Positions 17,580 through 27,611 of a DNA stretch of 32,000 nt are shown one piece after another. Location: the NCBI RefSeq assembly GCF_000017845.1, contig NC_010546.1, positions 4,500,001-4,532,000 on the forward strand, written 5' to 3'. The notes below the pieces were generated by a model that was given only the letters and a program-made list of their open reading frames with translations, did no database searches and was not told where the DNA came from. A program made the translations under genes and the position numbers. The DNA is from Crocosphaera subtropica ATCC 51142 (GTDB lineage Bacteria > Cyanobacteriota > Cyanobacteriia > Cyanobacteriales > Microcystaceae). Numbering within the stretch: the stretch's first letter is position 1; every line of letters begins with the position of its first letter.

Positions 17580-18575
17580 ATGAGTCCCCTCATCGTTACA
17601 TTAATTATTAGCTTACCTTCTATGGTTGTTTCTACCCGCACTATTCGTATCGGTTCTCGAAAAAGTCAGTTAGCTTTAGTGCAAACTTACTGGATACAAG
17701 AAGAACTACAAAAACACTATCCTGATCGTCAATTTGACGTAGAAACCATGAGTACCCAAGGGGACAAAATTTTAGATGTTGCCTTGGCTAAAATCGGCGA
17801 TAAGGGGTTATTTACCAAAGAGTTAGAAACGGCCATGTTGCAAAATCAAGTGGATTTTGCGGTACATTCTCTCAAGGATCTACCCACTAACTTACCGGAA
17901 GGATTAATGTTAGGCTGTGTAACCGAACGAGTAAACCCGGCTGATGCACTGGTGGTTAATGAAACACATCAAGATAAACAACTCGATACCTTACCAGAAG
18001 GTTCGGTCATTGGCACTTCTTCTTTACGTCGCTTAGCTCAACTGCGTCATCATTATCCCCATTTAACCTTTAAAGATGTTCGGGGAAACGTCAATACTCG
18101 CTTATCAAAACTAGATGCAGGAGAATATGATGCCATTATCCTCGCTGTCGCCGGGTTGCAACGGTTAGATATGAGCGATCGCATTCATCAAGTTATTCCC
18201 GATGATATCTCCCTCCATGCGGTTGGCCAAGGGGCCTTAGGGATCGAATGTCGTAGCGGTGATCCCGAAATTTTAGACCTCCTCAAAGTCCTAGAACATA
18301 CCGAAACCCGTGATCGCTGTTATGCAGAACGAGCCTTCTTACGACAATTAGAAGGAGGGTGTCAAGTTCCCATTGGAGTTAATACTAAGATAGAAAACAA
18401 TATCCTAACCTTAACAGGAATGGTCGCTAGTCTGGACGGCAAAACTTTGATAAAAGATACGATTCAAGGAGAAGCAGCACAAGCAGAAAAACTAGGAGAA
18501 GAATTAGCGTTACGTTTGCGTGATGAAGGAGCAACAGAAATCTTAGCGGAGATATTTGCTCAAATTCAACGATAA
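17580..18575 (+). CDS. hemC: Hydroxymethylbilane synthase (porphobilinogen deaminase)
   Basis: [46 protein letters not shown]. The true start may be the ATG at 17622 ([11 protein letters not shown]). Confidence 0.93.
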   Translation: MSPLIVTLIISLPSMVVSTRTIRIGSRKSQLALVQTYWIQEELQKHYPDRQFDVETMSTQGDKILDVALAKIGDKGLFTKELETAMLQNQVDFAVHSLKDLPTNLPEGLMLGCVTERVNPADALVVNETHQDKQLDTLPEGSVIGTSSLRRLAQLRHHYPHLTFKDVRGNVNTRLSKLDAGEYDAIILAVAGLQRLDMSDRIHQVIPDDISLHAVGQGALGIECRSGDPEILDLLKVLEHTETRDRCYAERAFLRQLEGGCQVPIGVNTKIENNILTLTGMVASLDGKTLIKDTIQGEAAQAEKLGEELALRLRDEGATEILAEIFAQIQR

Positions 18576-18728
18576 TGATACTGGGTCAATTTTTCTATTG
18601 GCCCTAGAAATTACGTCAAGATCAGCCAAAAAATGATAGGGTTACAAAGGGATGATTATTCTCAACCATAAAAGTCTTTTCTAAGGCTGAAAATAACTAA
18701 TTAGCAACTTACAATATTTTTAACGAAT

Positions 18729-19082
18729 ATGACACAAGACAAAGGAAAAGGATTTGGCTTCGGATTAGGTAAAATCAAAGAACTTCAAGAGGCGTTCCAA
18801 AAAGCTCAACAAGTTCAAGCAGGGGCGCAACAACTTCAACAAGAATTAGAGGAGATGAATATTGAAGGTTATAGCGATGAGGCTAAAGCGGTTACTGTAG
18901 TCATGAGTGGTAACCAAGAACCTCGTCAGGTGACAATTTCCCCAGATGCTATGGGTAATAGCCCAGAGGCGTTATCTGAGTTAGTGACCGCAGCCATGAA
19001 GGATGCTTATGCTAAGTCCACTGAAACCATGCGTGAAAGAATGGAAGCTTTGACCAGTGGCTTAAATCTTCCTGGAATGTAG
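18729..19082 (+). CDS. ybaB: YbaB/EbfC-family nucleoid-associated protein
   Basis: [30 protein letters not shown]...[18 protein letters not shown] is the typical YbaB pattern. Confidence 0.9.
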   Translation: MTQDKGKGFGFGLGKIKELQEAFQKAQQVQAGAQQLQQELEEMNIEGYSDEAKAVTVVMSGNQEPRQVTISPDAMGNSPEALSELVTAAMKDAYAKSTETMRERMEALTSGLNLPGM

Positions 19083-19095
19083 AAAAAAAAATAAC

Positions 19096-19154
19096 GTAGT
19101 CAGGAAAGCGATCTCGAAGAGATCCGCAGGAGCGGTGCGCTTCATCTTGACTAC
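19096..19154 (+). terminator. GC-rich compound hairpin after ybaB: a 10-bp outer stem enclosing GATCTC-gaa-GAGATC
   Basis: GTAGTCAGGA (19096-19105) pairs with TCTTGACTAC (19145-19154). The inner perfect hairpin is 19110-19124. CTTTT follows. Confidence 0.4.
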
Positions 19155-19563
19155 CCACTTTTAAGCTAAAACAAATTTACTAAAATACTATTTTTAGATA
19201 CGTTATTCCACTCATTTTGCATTTTTAATATATCATATCCCCTCAAACGCCGCAAACTCGTTCCGATTTTTGTCATGGTTCCTTGACAAAAGAGGGTCAA
19301 TTAGGCAGATAAAGAAATATAAGCAATTACAAATAATTTTTAGCGATTAATTATAAAATTTTATATTAACAATCATAAACCCCTAAATTTATACTTATTT
19401 TTAACTACCATCTTTTGATAGCCGATGATGGTCAAAACCTTTGTCTGAAAGGGGTTTGAAATGTTTGTTCCCCCATCCGAATCAAGACAATCCCTACGAT
19501 ATATAATATCTAAATATTTACCTATCATTGAGGTCCCATAGACAATGAAGGTAATTCAACGCC

Positions 19564-20928
19564 ATGCTAAATAACAAACGACAATCTCTGTTCGTAAAAG
19601 TGAGTTTGTGGGCCATTGGGGGCCTGCTCGGAGGTTTGATCGGCTCTATGGCTGCGGTACTGCTGACCGAGGCGATCAAGCAAACCCTCAATATTGCCTC
19701 TAGACTAGGCACCGTCTGGCTACTGCTCCTGCCACTGGTCGGCGTTACGTTAGCAGTGCTAGTCCTGTTTGGACTGGGAAAAGGTCAACCTGTGCAAACC
19801 TTAGCCCCTCGCGAGGCGACTGCCTCTGGCCGCTGGGGTTCTCTAATGAACTGGTACTCCTTCCCCCATGACATTGCTCGCGCTGATCTCACCGGTGACG
19901 TGGTAAACGCATCCGGAGTAGAAGAGCGATTTCCCTGGAATCTGGCCCCCTTGCGCGCCCTTGCCATCCTATCCACTGTTGGCCTGGGTGCTTCCATGGG
20001 AACAGAATCACCAGCGGCTCATATTGGCGTTGCGACGGGGGCCTGGTTGGGTAACACAAATCCAGCGCTACTGCAACTGGGGCGGCCTCTGGCAATCGGC
20101 GGTGGTGCGGCGAGTGTGTCTGCCTTAATGGGCATCCCACTGGTGGGTAGCTTCTTTATGTTTGAGTTGAGTGAGCGACGGCAGGTTCCCCTCACCCCAG
20201 AGCGAGTAGCGGCGATGTTAGCTGGGGGACTGGTTGGATGGGGCATCAACGTTGCCTTTAAGCTCCAACTGATCCGGCTGGTCGTGCCGAAGGTTCCCCC
20301 GGCTGACCTCTGGGATACGGTGGGTGCAACTTTGTTTATCGGAGTGATTGCAGGCACGATTACAGCACTCACTGGTGAGGCTATCTACTGGGCTAGAGGC
20401 TTGCGAAATAGGCCAGCCATTCGTCTCTTGATCGGTGGCCTGGGGATGCTATTTCTAGCGATCGTGATAGGACAGGTTGCGACTCCAGCAGCGGCTTTTG
20501 GGCCAGGGGGATCTGCTATTGTCTGGGCCCAAAACATTGAAACAACTCCTTACCACCTGTTGGCAGTAGCTCTGCTTCGGGCTGCCTCAACCATCGCTGC
20601 CGTTTTAGCCGGGGGCTGTGGTGGCGTGTTTGTACCTTTTCTGGCGATCGGTGACCTAAGTGGTCGGGTGTTTGCAACGACCTTTGGGGTTCCAGGGGAT
20701 CTGGCGGGTGCCGCAGGGGCTGCAGCCGGTATTGCTGGTGGCTATCGCCTGCCGTTGACCGCCGTGGCCATGGTACTGGGGGTGGGTGGCCCAGAAGCAG
20801 CCAAGCTAACCTGTCTTGCCACAGTGGTCGTGGCCGCCCTTTCTGGATTAGTGGCCGCACGGTTAGCTAATCAACTCTCCAGTTCCCTGCGCAAAATGAG
20901 TTGCCAGAAGCCACCATCAGAGAACTAA
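19564..20928 (+). CDS. ClC-family chloride/anion channel or antiporter, compositionally foreign (about 60% GC)
   Basis: Polytopic Gly/Ala/Leu-rich protein with GTESPAAHIG (GxEGP-like) and GGVFVPFLAIG (GxFxP) ClC motifs. A GTG at 19600 is an alternative start. Confidence 0.75.
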   Translation: MLNNKRQSLFVKVSLWAIGGLLGGLIGSMAAVLLTEAIKQTLNIASRLGTVWLLLLPLVGVTLAVLVLFGLGKGQPVQTLAPREATASGRWGSLMNWYSFPHDIARADLTGDVVNASGVEERFPWNLAPLRALAILSTVGLGASMGTESPAAHIGVATGAWLGNTNPALLQLGRPLAIGGGAASVSALMGIPLVGSFFMFELSERRQVPLTPERVAAMLAGGLVGWGINVAFKLQLIRLVVPKVPPADLWDTVGATLFIGVIAGTITALTGEAIYWARGLRNRPAIRLLIGGLGMLFLAIVIGQVATPAAAFGPGGSAIVWAQNIETTPYHLLAVALLRAASTIAAVLAGGCGGVFVPFLAIGDLSGRVFATTFGVPGDLAGAAGAAAGIAGGYRLPLTAVAMVLGVGGPEAAKLTCLATVVVAALSGLVAARLANQLSSSLRKMSCQKPPSEN

Positions 20929-20929
20929 C

Positions 20930-22624
20930 TCATTGCTCAGAGGAGTCTGAAGATTGAACGCGAAAGGCAGGGGCAACATAATCCGAAGGTAAATAATTTT
21001 CTGGAATGGTTGTTATATTGCCATCTCGCAGGGAGGTATAAGTGGGAGACAGAATCTCAATCCCAACTTCATTACACTTGTCTTGAATATTTTGATGGAG
21101 TTCTGAATAAATGATCACCATCAAATTGGGTTGGTTAGTGTAAGCGTTCAATTGATAACTGATGTAAAAATTATCGAGGCTAGTTTGCAGGACAAAAGGA
21201 GCAGGTTGTTTGAGGATATGCTCAGTGTTTAGAGCAGCTTCGATTAAGGTTGTGTGGGCTTTTCGCCAAGGGAGATCGTACCCCAGGGTAATCGTTGTTT
21301 GAAGTATTAGATATCTGTTTAATTCCCGCGATGAAATACTAAAGTTAATCACATTACTACTTAATAAAGATGAGTTAGGAATAGTAATGATTTTATTAGT
21401 GGGAGTGCAAATGCGAACGACTAAGAAATTTTTTTCAATTATATCGCCAATTACATCCCCTATTTGAATGTGATCTCCGATCCGAAAGGCACGGGTATAG
21501 ATAAGAATAATTCCCCCAATTACATTGGCGATCGCCGAAGTAGAACCTAGGGATAAAAGAAGACCGAGAAAAACAGAAATACCTCGGAAAGCAGGGGAAT
21601 CAAAACCAGGCAAGTAGGGAAAAGCAATTATTGTTGCTAGGGCAATGATTATGACTAAGAGGAGATTATAAGTAGGTTTAGCCCAATCCGTATAAAAACC
21701 AGGAATAACCAGATTTCCTCTTTCTATTGCCATAAAAAAGGGCTTGATTAGCCGGATTAAATAGTAAGTTATAAAAATGATTATGGCAATAATAAAGGCA
21801 TTAGGAAGATATTTGCCAATGGCCGATAAAACCAATTCTAATGATTGAACAAGATAACCTAAAATACTCTCGCCAAAAACTCTTGTCCAAGGAAATAAGC
21901 GAAGTACAAATGTAGCATAATAAAATAATAGTAAAAACAGAACGAATAAGCGAATTATCTGCAAAACTTTAAGCCAAAATAAGCTTATATTAGAGGAAGA
22001 TATGATCTCAACATTCTGGATGTGAATGCCAGGTATTCGGGATTCAATCACACGTCCAACGAAGGGAAATAGTTTTTCAGAGATTTTGATAACTGAAAAG
22101 CTGATAGCAAAGAAGGTAAAGCTGGCTAGAACAGTAGAAATGATGTTCTTAAGTAGTTGCTCAGGTCTTCGATCCTGGCGGTATTGAGCAATAGCAACCT
22201 TAATTTTTTGTAAAGCTTGTTGCGCTAAAACCTCTGGGGTTGAATAATAGGCTTTTGCATCTCGCTCGCTTATCGTTAGAATTACTTCTTCATTTACACT
22301 CAAATAAAGTGAGTTATCATAAGGACTCTGCTCAATTTTTAGGTTCTCAACAGGAATAGAATTATTTTGAGCGATTCTTTCAATTCTCCGAGTAATAGTA
22401 TTAGCTCTCTCCTCCGCCGAAAATGAAGAAATTCCCCGCCGAATAAAAAAGAGGGGTTTTCCGTCTAGCATCACTGGAAAGCCGTCAATTTTGTTTTCCG
22501 GTTGTGTTTGATTCTGGAAAAGTTTCCCTTGTGTCGGATTTTGAGCTATTCCCAAAAGAGGGGAAGTTAGAGTCAGTAGTAAAACTACAACAAATATTAC
22601 TAAGATATGCCCAATTTTTTTCAT
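20930..22624 (-). CDS. Mechanosensitive ion channel (MscS) family protein with an N-terminal signal and periplasmic domain
   Basis: IYTRAFRIGDHIQIGDVIGDIIEKNFLVVRICTPTNKIITIPNSSLLSSNVINFS is the MscS beta-domain signature. Several TM helices. Confidence 0.85.
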   Translation of the reverse strand: MKKIGHILVIFVVVLLLTLTSPLLGIAQNPTQGKLFQNQTQPENKIDGFPVMLDGKPLFFIRRGISSFSAEERANTITRRIERIAQNNSIPVENLKIEQSPYDNSLYLSVNEEVILTISERDAKAYYSTPEVLAQQALQKIKVAIAQYRQDRRPEQLLKNIISTVLASFTFFAISFSVIKISEKLFPFVGRVIESRIPGIHIQNVEIISSSNISLFWLKVLQIIRLFVLFLLLFYYATFVLRLFPWTRVFGESILGYLVQSLELVLSAIGKYLPNAFIIAIIIFITYYLIRLIKPFFMAIERGNLVIPGFYTDWAKPTYNLLLVIIIALATIIAFPYLPGFDSPAFRGISVFLGLLLSLGSTSAIANVIGGIILIYTRAFRIGDHIQIGDVIGDIIEKNFLVVRICTPTNKIITIPNSSLLSSNVINFSISSRELNRYLILQTTITLGYDLPWRKAHTTLIEAALNTEHILKQPAPFVLQTSLDNFYISYQLNAYTNQPNLMVIIYSELHQNIQDKCNEVGIEILSPTYTSLRDGNITTIPENYLPSDYVAPAFRVQSSDSSEQ

Positions 22625-22820
22625 CCATCGTCCTGAGATATATACTTATTAATATACAGCCCAATCACTAAATCATGCATCAGTGATATTTTAGAAAAGC
22701 AAATTTAGAAGCAGTCCTTTCAAGGCTGGACTATTGAAATTATTTTCCAATGTTGTCTTTATTTGTGAAATCAAGACACTTGGTTATTCCAAAGTTGCTT
22801 TATTTGCTTTTTTTCAATTA

Positions 22821-23762
22821 TTAATAATTCATTAAAAAAAGGCAATCCCAAACTAAACGAGGTTGAACATAACTTAAAAGTTGCTTTTTAGCTGCTTCTA
22901 ATTTATCTAAAAAAAGCCTATCTTGTGATGTTTGCCAATGAGAATATTGAAGATAATTAATTAACCATAACTGTGAATCACTATCTAATTCTGTAGTAAT
23001 TTCTTTCGCTAATTCTAAAGCATCTAAAGGATTTTGAGGTAAACTTTTTAACTTTTGTCTGAGTTCAAACGGGATAGTTTGTAACTGTTCCCAAGCTGCG
23101 ATCGCTTCTCCGGGACTTCCTTGACTTAAACCAATAATGTCAGGATGATTAACAATTTCTTCGTAACCCAGTCGACCTAAAATTGTCTTTAAATTAGCAT
23201 CAGAAAGACGATAAAAAGGAATTTTTTGGCAACGAGAGACTAAAGTGGGTAATAAAGAATCAGCACTCGGTGCAATTAAAATTAATGTCGCTTTTCCCGG
23301 TTCTTCTAAGGTTTTTAATAAACCATTAGCAGCAGCTTCGGTCATGGTCTCGGCTGCTTCTATCACAACCACACAGCGAGACGCTTCGAGAGGGGGACGG
23401 CTTAGAAATTGAGTAATATCACGAACTTGTTCAATGCGAACTTGAGGGGGTGCTTTGCGTTTGAGACCGGTTTCTTGGGCTTCTTTTGCGCTTAATAACT
23501 GTCCCTGATGTTGATAAGTGGGTTCAACCCAATAAAAGTCAGGATGATTACCATCAAGTATCCGTTTTTTGAGACTAGCTTGCTTTTCATTCGGTAAACC
23601 CAAAGATAACAGTAACTGAGTGAAACATTTAGCCCCTAAAGCCCGTCCAACCCCACTAGGGCCAGCAAAAAGATAGGCAGGAGCAATACGGTTTTTAGCG
23701 ATCGCCTGTTGCAATAAAGCAACCCCAGAGGGTTGTCCTATCAGTTGTCGAAAATGATTCAT
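22821..23762 (-). CDS. holB: DNA polymerase III delta-prime subunit
   Basis: IGQPSGVALLQQAIAKNRIAPAYLFAGPSGVGR and LLKTLEEPG..TLILIAP..LLPTLVSRCQ are the clamp-loader AAA+ motifs. Confidence 0.85.
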   Translation of the reverse strand: MNHFRQLIGQPSGVALLQQAIAKNRIAPAYLFAGPSGVGRALGAKCFTQLLLSLGLPNEKQASLKKRILDGNHPDFYWVEPTYQHQGQLLSAKEAQETGLKRKAPPQVRIEQVRDITQFLSRPPLEASRCVVVIEAAETMTEAAANGLLKTLEEPGKATLILIAPSADSLLPTLVSRCQKIPFYRLSDANLKTILGRLGYEEIVNHPDIIGLSQGSPGEAIAAWEQLQTIPFELRQKLKSLPQNPLDALELAKEITTELDSDSQLWLINYLQYSHWQTSQDRLFLDKLEAAKKQLLSYVQPRLVWDCLFLMNY

Positions 23763-23815
23763 TTTTATAAGATGGCCGCAGTCTCGTCAATAATCTATCT
23801 ATAGGAATAACATTT

Positions 23816-24163
23816 ATGGCTCGCTATACATCTTCTTTCGTTGCCAATGCTACGGTAGAGCAGGTTCCTACCCTACTAACTGAAGTGTTAGAATCCTGTG
23901 ATTTTGGCATCGTTTATCAAGCAACTGATTATCTGATGGCCAAAGAAACCCCTGGAAAAGTCCCCTTTTCTAAAATAGTCAGTATCGAAATTTTAATTGA
24001 AAGTACCGTTGCCAAAAAAAATGAGGTTCCTGTGACCTTCGTCGTCAAAAATGACGAACTCCCCTTAAACCCTAACAACCACTGTCAACAACGCTTTCAA
24101 CAACTACAAACCGCTTTAAAACAAAGTCAACAATGGCGTTCAATTACTGCCGTCCCTAGTTAA
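23816..24163 (+). CDS. Hypothetical protein (115 aa)
   Basis: ORF track only. Host-like composition, and its 3' end overlaps the convergent FHA gene by 4 nt. Confidence 0.45.
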   Translation: MARYTSSFVANATVEQVPTLLTEVLESCDFGIVYQATDYLMAKETPGKVPFSKIVSIEILIESTVAKKNEVPVTFVVKNDELPLNPNNHCQQRFQQLQTALKQSQQWRSITAVPS

Positions 24164-24615
24164 TCAGATTCTTTAGTATCGTCATCATAATCCATCATCG
24201 CAGGATCAATGAGGGTAATATCGAAGGGATCATGACTGGGTAAGGTGGGGAACTTATCTCGTTGGCGATACTGGTACATAGCAAACACCTGGGGTCCAAA
24301 CACAATTTCATCCCCATCTTGGAGATCGTAGGATGCTTGTTTAATCTTAGCCTGATTAATTAACAAGCCATTAACACTCCGTTTCCCTTCTAGATCCCCA
24401 TCAACAATGCGATAGTAACTTGATCCATCCTCTCGAATGCGTCGATGCAGGGTAGCATGATGGCGAGAGACAAACTGAGAACGCAGACGGATATCGCAAT
24501 CGTGTGAGCGACCTATACTGTAGGTAGGTTCTCGCAAAAGTATTTCTTGTCTGCCTTTGTCATCCTCGATAATCAAGAAATGTTCTCGTTGAGGGAGTAC
24601 AGATTTTTCAGCCAT
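24160..24615 (-). CDS. FHA domain-containing protein
   Basis: YSIGRSHDCDIRLRSQFVSRHHATL...SVNGLLINQAKI...DGDEIVFG is the canonical FHA pattern. Confidence 0.85.
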   Translation of the reverse strand: MAEKSVLPQREHFLIIEDDKGRQEILLREPTYSIGRSHDCDIRLRSQFVSRHHATLHRRIREDGSSYYRIVDGDLEGKRSVNGLLINQAKIKQASYDLQDGDEIVFGPQVFAMYQYRQRDKFPTLPSHDPFDITLIDPAMMDYDDDTKESD

Positions 24616-24701
24616 CGCTAAATCAACTTTAAATTAAAGTGCTTACAATTGTCTCAGGAAAGGAAGTAAAGCCACAAGAGATTAACCATGTCCCATTGCC
24701 T

Positions 24702-27041
24702 TTAATGACGAAATTGATAGCGAAGAAGTAAAGAGTTCGTTACCACCGTAACCGAACTAAACGCCATTAAGCCAGCAGCCAATGCAGGACTGAGGATCAC
24801 CCCAAAACTGGGCAATAAAATCCCTGCAGCAATAGGGATGGCAAATGTATTATAGCCTAAAGCCCATATCAGATTTTGGCGAATTTTCCTGAAAGTCCCT
24901 AAACTAAGGTCCATAGCCGTGATGACATCGAACAGGCGATCGCTCATCAGCACAATATCGGCAGTTTCCATGGCCACTTGGGTTGACCCTTGTAAAGATA
25001 TTCCTAAATTCGCTTGGGCTAAAGCCGGTGCGTCATTAATGCCATCCCCTACCATAGCGACTTTTTTGTTTTTCTGTAACGCCTCAACCATAGCGGCTTT
25101 TTCACCGGGTCGAATTTCAGCAAATACTTGACTAATATTTAACTGGGTAGCAATGGTTTGGGCAACTTGAGGATGATCCCCCGTTAACAAGATCACCTCT
25201 AAGCCCCGTTTTTGCAATTCTGAGACGGTTTGCTTGGCATCAGGTCTAAGATTATCTTTGAGGGCTAAAACGCCTTTTATCGACCCTTCTACCCCCAAAT
25301 AAACCACCGTCTTTCCAGCTTGGGTTAACTCGTTGATCTTATTCTTTTCATCTTCCTCTATGATCAAACCCTTCTCTTGTAACCATCCTTCATTACCTAA
25401 CCAGACAATTTTACCTTCTACGATCGCTTGAACCCCTGATCCAGCTTCGGTTTGAAAATCTTCAGCTTGAAGTAAAGATAATCCTTCCTGTTGAGCTTTT
25501 TCTAAAATAGCTAATCCGAGGGGATGGTTTGCCCCACTTTCAACCGTTGCGGCTAACTGTAACAAAGATTGAGAACTCATGCCGTCAAACGTAAAATAAT
25601 CAGTGACGCTAGGATGACCCACGGTAAGGGTTCCAGTTTTATCAAAGATAACCCCATCTAACTGATGAACTTTTTCGAGGACATCTCCCCCTTTGATGAG
25701 TAGTCCTCGTTCCGAACCGATGCTGGTTCCCACTAAAATAGCGGTGGGAGTGGCCAAACCTAACGCACAAGGACAAGCTACCACTAAAACAGCGATCGCC
25801 AGCTTTAGACTCAATAACATGGGAGAGGTTGACCCCATGGCCATCTCTGTATGACTAGGGTTTAAAACTTGGGGATATGAATTAGTCCCCACGGTAAACC
25901 AAAAGAGGAAGGTGACAGAAGCTAAACCCATCACTCCGTAGGCGAAATACCCCGCTACCGTATCCGCTAACTGTTGAATGGGGGCTTTACGGGTTTGTGC
26001 CGTTTCTACGGAGGTGATAATTTGGGCTAACGTGGTATTTTCTCCGACTTGCGTGGTTTTCAGGGTAATGACCCCAGACTGGTTAAGGGTTCCTGCGATC
26101 GCTTTATCTCCTGTTTCTTTGGCTACGGGAACGGATTCCCCAGTTACTAAAGATTCATCAATGGCTGTTTTTCCTTTGACAATCTCCCCATCCACAGGTA
26201 TTTTTTCCCCTGGCAAGACTTTGACATATTCCCCTACCCTCACTTGTTCGACAGGAATTTCTATGCTAGAACTGTCATCAGAGAAGGGATCACCCACCAA
26301 TCTGGCTAAAGTGGGTTGTAAGGCCATTAAGGCTTCTAAAGCAGAAGAAGCGCGGTTTCTAGCTTGTTTTTCAAGAGTTCGGCCTAACAGAATGAACCCT
26401 AACAACATCACCGGTTCATCAAAAAAGCATTCCCAACCCAAACTAGGAACCAGAAAAGCTACACAGCTAGTAATATAAGCACTGAGGGTACCCAAACCGA
26501 CTAACGTATTCATGTTAGCCATCCCGTGGGATAGTCCTCGCCAACCATCAATAATAATCTCTCGACCAGGAATGAGTATGGCTAGAGTTGCTAGTCCCCA
26601 ATGAAACCATAAATTACTAATAATTGGAATTGTCGGCCCACCAAAATGTTCTAAGTGGCCTAAGGTTGAAAATATTAATAAAATTGCTGCGGTAACAAGA
26701 TTTATTTTCTGTTGTTTTGCTTCTTCTTCTCGTCGCTGACTTTGATTCAGATGAACTTGTTGAGGGGTTAAAGTTTGTGCGCTGCGAATGTCTGAAGGAA
26801 AGCCTATTTTCGTTAATTTTTCAGCTAATGTGTCGGGTTTAACGGTTTGGGGTTCGTAATCAATGACTGCTACTTCTGTGATTAAATTGACGCAAGCTGA
26901 AATTACCCCAGACTGTTGCGTGAGTTGTCTTTCTACTGCACTCACACAACCAGCACATTTCATTCCTTGGACATCAAGGGTAACGGTTTCTACGGAGGGT
27001 TGAGGGGTTTTTGATTCAGGCTTTGAAGAGAGTTGTATCAT
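24702..27041 (-). CDS. Copper-translocating P1B-type ATPase (CtaA/PacS class)
   Basis: N-terminal HMA domain GMKCAGC, TM CPC motif (VVACPCALGLATP), DKTGTLT, SGANHPLG, GDGINDAPAL. Confidence 0.92.
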   Translation of the reverse strand: MIQLSSKPESKTPQPSVETVTLDVQGMKCAGCVSAVERQLTQQSGVISACVNLITEVAVIDYEPQTVKPDTLAEKLTKIGFPSDIRSAQTLTPQQVHLNQSQRREEEAKQQKINLVTAAILLIFSTLGHLEHFGGPTIPIISNLWFHWGLATLAILIPGREIIIDGWRGLSHGMANMNTLVGLGTLSAYITSCVAFLVPSLGWECFFDEPVMLLGFILLGRTLEKQARNRASSALEALMALQPTLARLVGDPFSDDSSSIEIPVEQVRVGEYVKVLPGEKIPVDGEIVKGKTAIDESLVTGESVPVAKETGDKAIAGTLNQSGVITLKTTQVGENTTLAQIITSVETAQTRKAPIQQLADTVAGYFAYGVMGLASVTFLFWFTVGTNSYPQVLNPSHTEMAMGSTSPMLLSLKLAIAVLVVACPCALGLATPTAILVGTSIGSERGLLIKGGDVLEKVHQLDGVIFDKTGTLTVGHPSVTDYFTFDGMSSQSLLQLAATVESGANHPLGLAILEKAQQEGLSLLQAEDFQTEAGSGVQAIVEGKIVWLGNEGWLQEKGLIIEEDEKNKINELTQAGKTVVYLGVEGSIKGVLALKDNLRPDAKQTVSELQKRGLEVILLTGDHPQVAQTIATQLNISQVFAEIRPGEKAAMVEALQKNKKVAMVGDGINDAPALAQANLGISLQGSTQVAMETADIVLMSDRLFDVITAMDLSLGTFRKIRQNLIWALGYNTFAIPIAAGILLPSFGVILSPALAAGLMAFSSVTVVTNSLLLRYQFRH

Positions 27042-27191
27042 ATTTTACTATCATCAGAGATCAGTATGTTTTGCTGATCCCATTAATCTTGTTTCTTCAA
27101 TTCTAGGGTAACGATAAATTTTCAACCGTTATTAAATCTGAAATTTATGTTTTCCTTATATTTTTCAATAGGATGAGTTGAGATGATAACC

Positions 27192-27554
27192 TTATAACAA
27201 AATATCTATTATCTGCCTACAATCATCCAAAATACGATCTTTTACTTTAGCAAGATACTCCTCTTTTTCAATATCTAATCGTGCAAGAGAATCAGGATGC
27301 CAAGTATTTCGCATTGCTTCACCAATTGGAATATCATCAGTTTCAGAAGCAACTCCTTTAAAAGTGAGGAAAGCATCATTAAGATCATCACGAATATTCA
27401 ACGGTTTATCACTAATATCTAATTTATACTGAAGTCTATTTATTGTGCGACATCCTTCGATTAAATCAATCTTATTTTCAATCATCTTTTTTGCTGTCTC
27501 AATAATTTCGTATTTAATCTGATTTAATTGCTCAGAAATGTTATAATTTTGCAT
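27192..27554 (-). CDS. Hypothetical protein (120 aa, acidic, helical)
   Basis: ORF track. AT-rich, and I cannot name a family with confidence. Confidence 0.45.
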   Translation of the reverse strand: MQNYNISEQLNQIKYEIIETAKKMIENKIDLIEGCRTINRLQYKLDISDKPLNIRDDLNDAFLTFKGVASETDDIPIGEAMRNTWHPDSLARLDIEKEEYLAKVKDRILDDCRQIIDILL

Positions 27555-27611
27555 AATATTTTATTCTCATTATCCTAATATTTATCGAACTTTACTAAAT
27601 AAACCGTACTA

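Noticed and set aside
17580-17621. Hydrophobic 14-aa N-terminal extension of HemC suggesting a signal peptide
   Set aside because: HemC is cytosolic and normally begins just before [10 protein letters not shown]. The internal ATG at 17622 is the more likely start, so the extension is probably not translated.
19425-19495. Fluoride (crcB-motif) riboswitch upstream of the ClC gene
   Set aside because: The idea is tempting because ClC-F genes often carry one, and the region has GCCGATGATGG plus a nested hairpin (AAACCTTT-gtctg-AAAGGGGTTT inside GATGG/CCATC). However, the conserved GGCGAUGG...CGCC pseudoknot and the UGAUGA..CCUAC spacing are not reproduced. The best -10-like TATAAT also lies downstream of the structure. 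An Infernal scan with RF01734 would settle it.
19518-20860. Five minus-strand ORFs (19518-19712, 19785-19997, 19889-20140, 20019-20372, 20516-20860) inside the ClC gene
   Set aside because: They overlap one another and the ClC frame, and they encode Arg/Pro-rich low-complexity products. Stop codons are rare in 60% GC DNA, so long antisense ORFs are expected by chance.
24919-26478. Two + strand ORFs (24919-25131 and 25978-26478)
   Set aside because: Both are antisense within the strongly supported P-type ATPase gene and have no independent signals.
27080-27110. GATCAG-N9-CTGATC inverted repeat upstream of the Cu-ATPase as a metal-regulator operator
   Set aside because: The arms are only 6 bp and match no CsoR/CopY/MerR-type site that I can recall. 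It is too weak to call.
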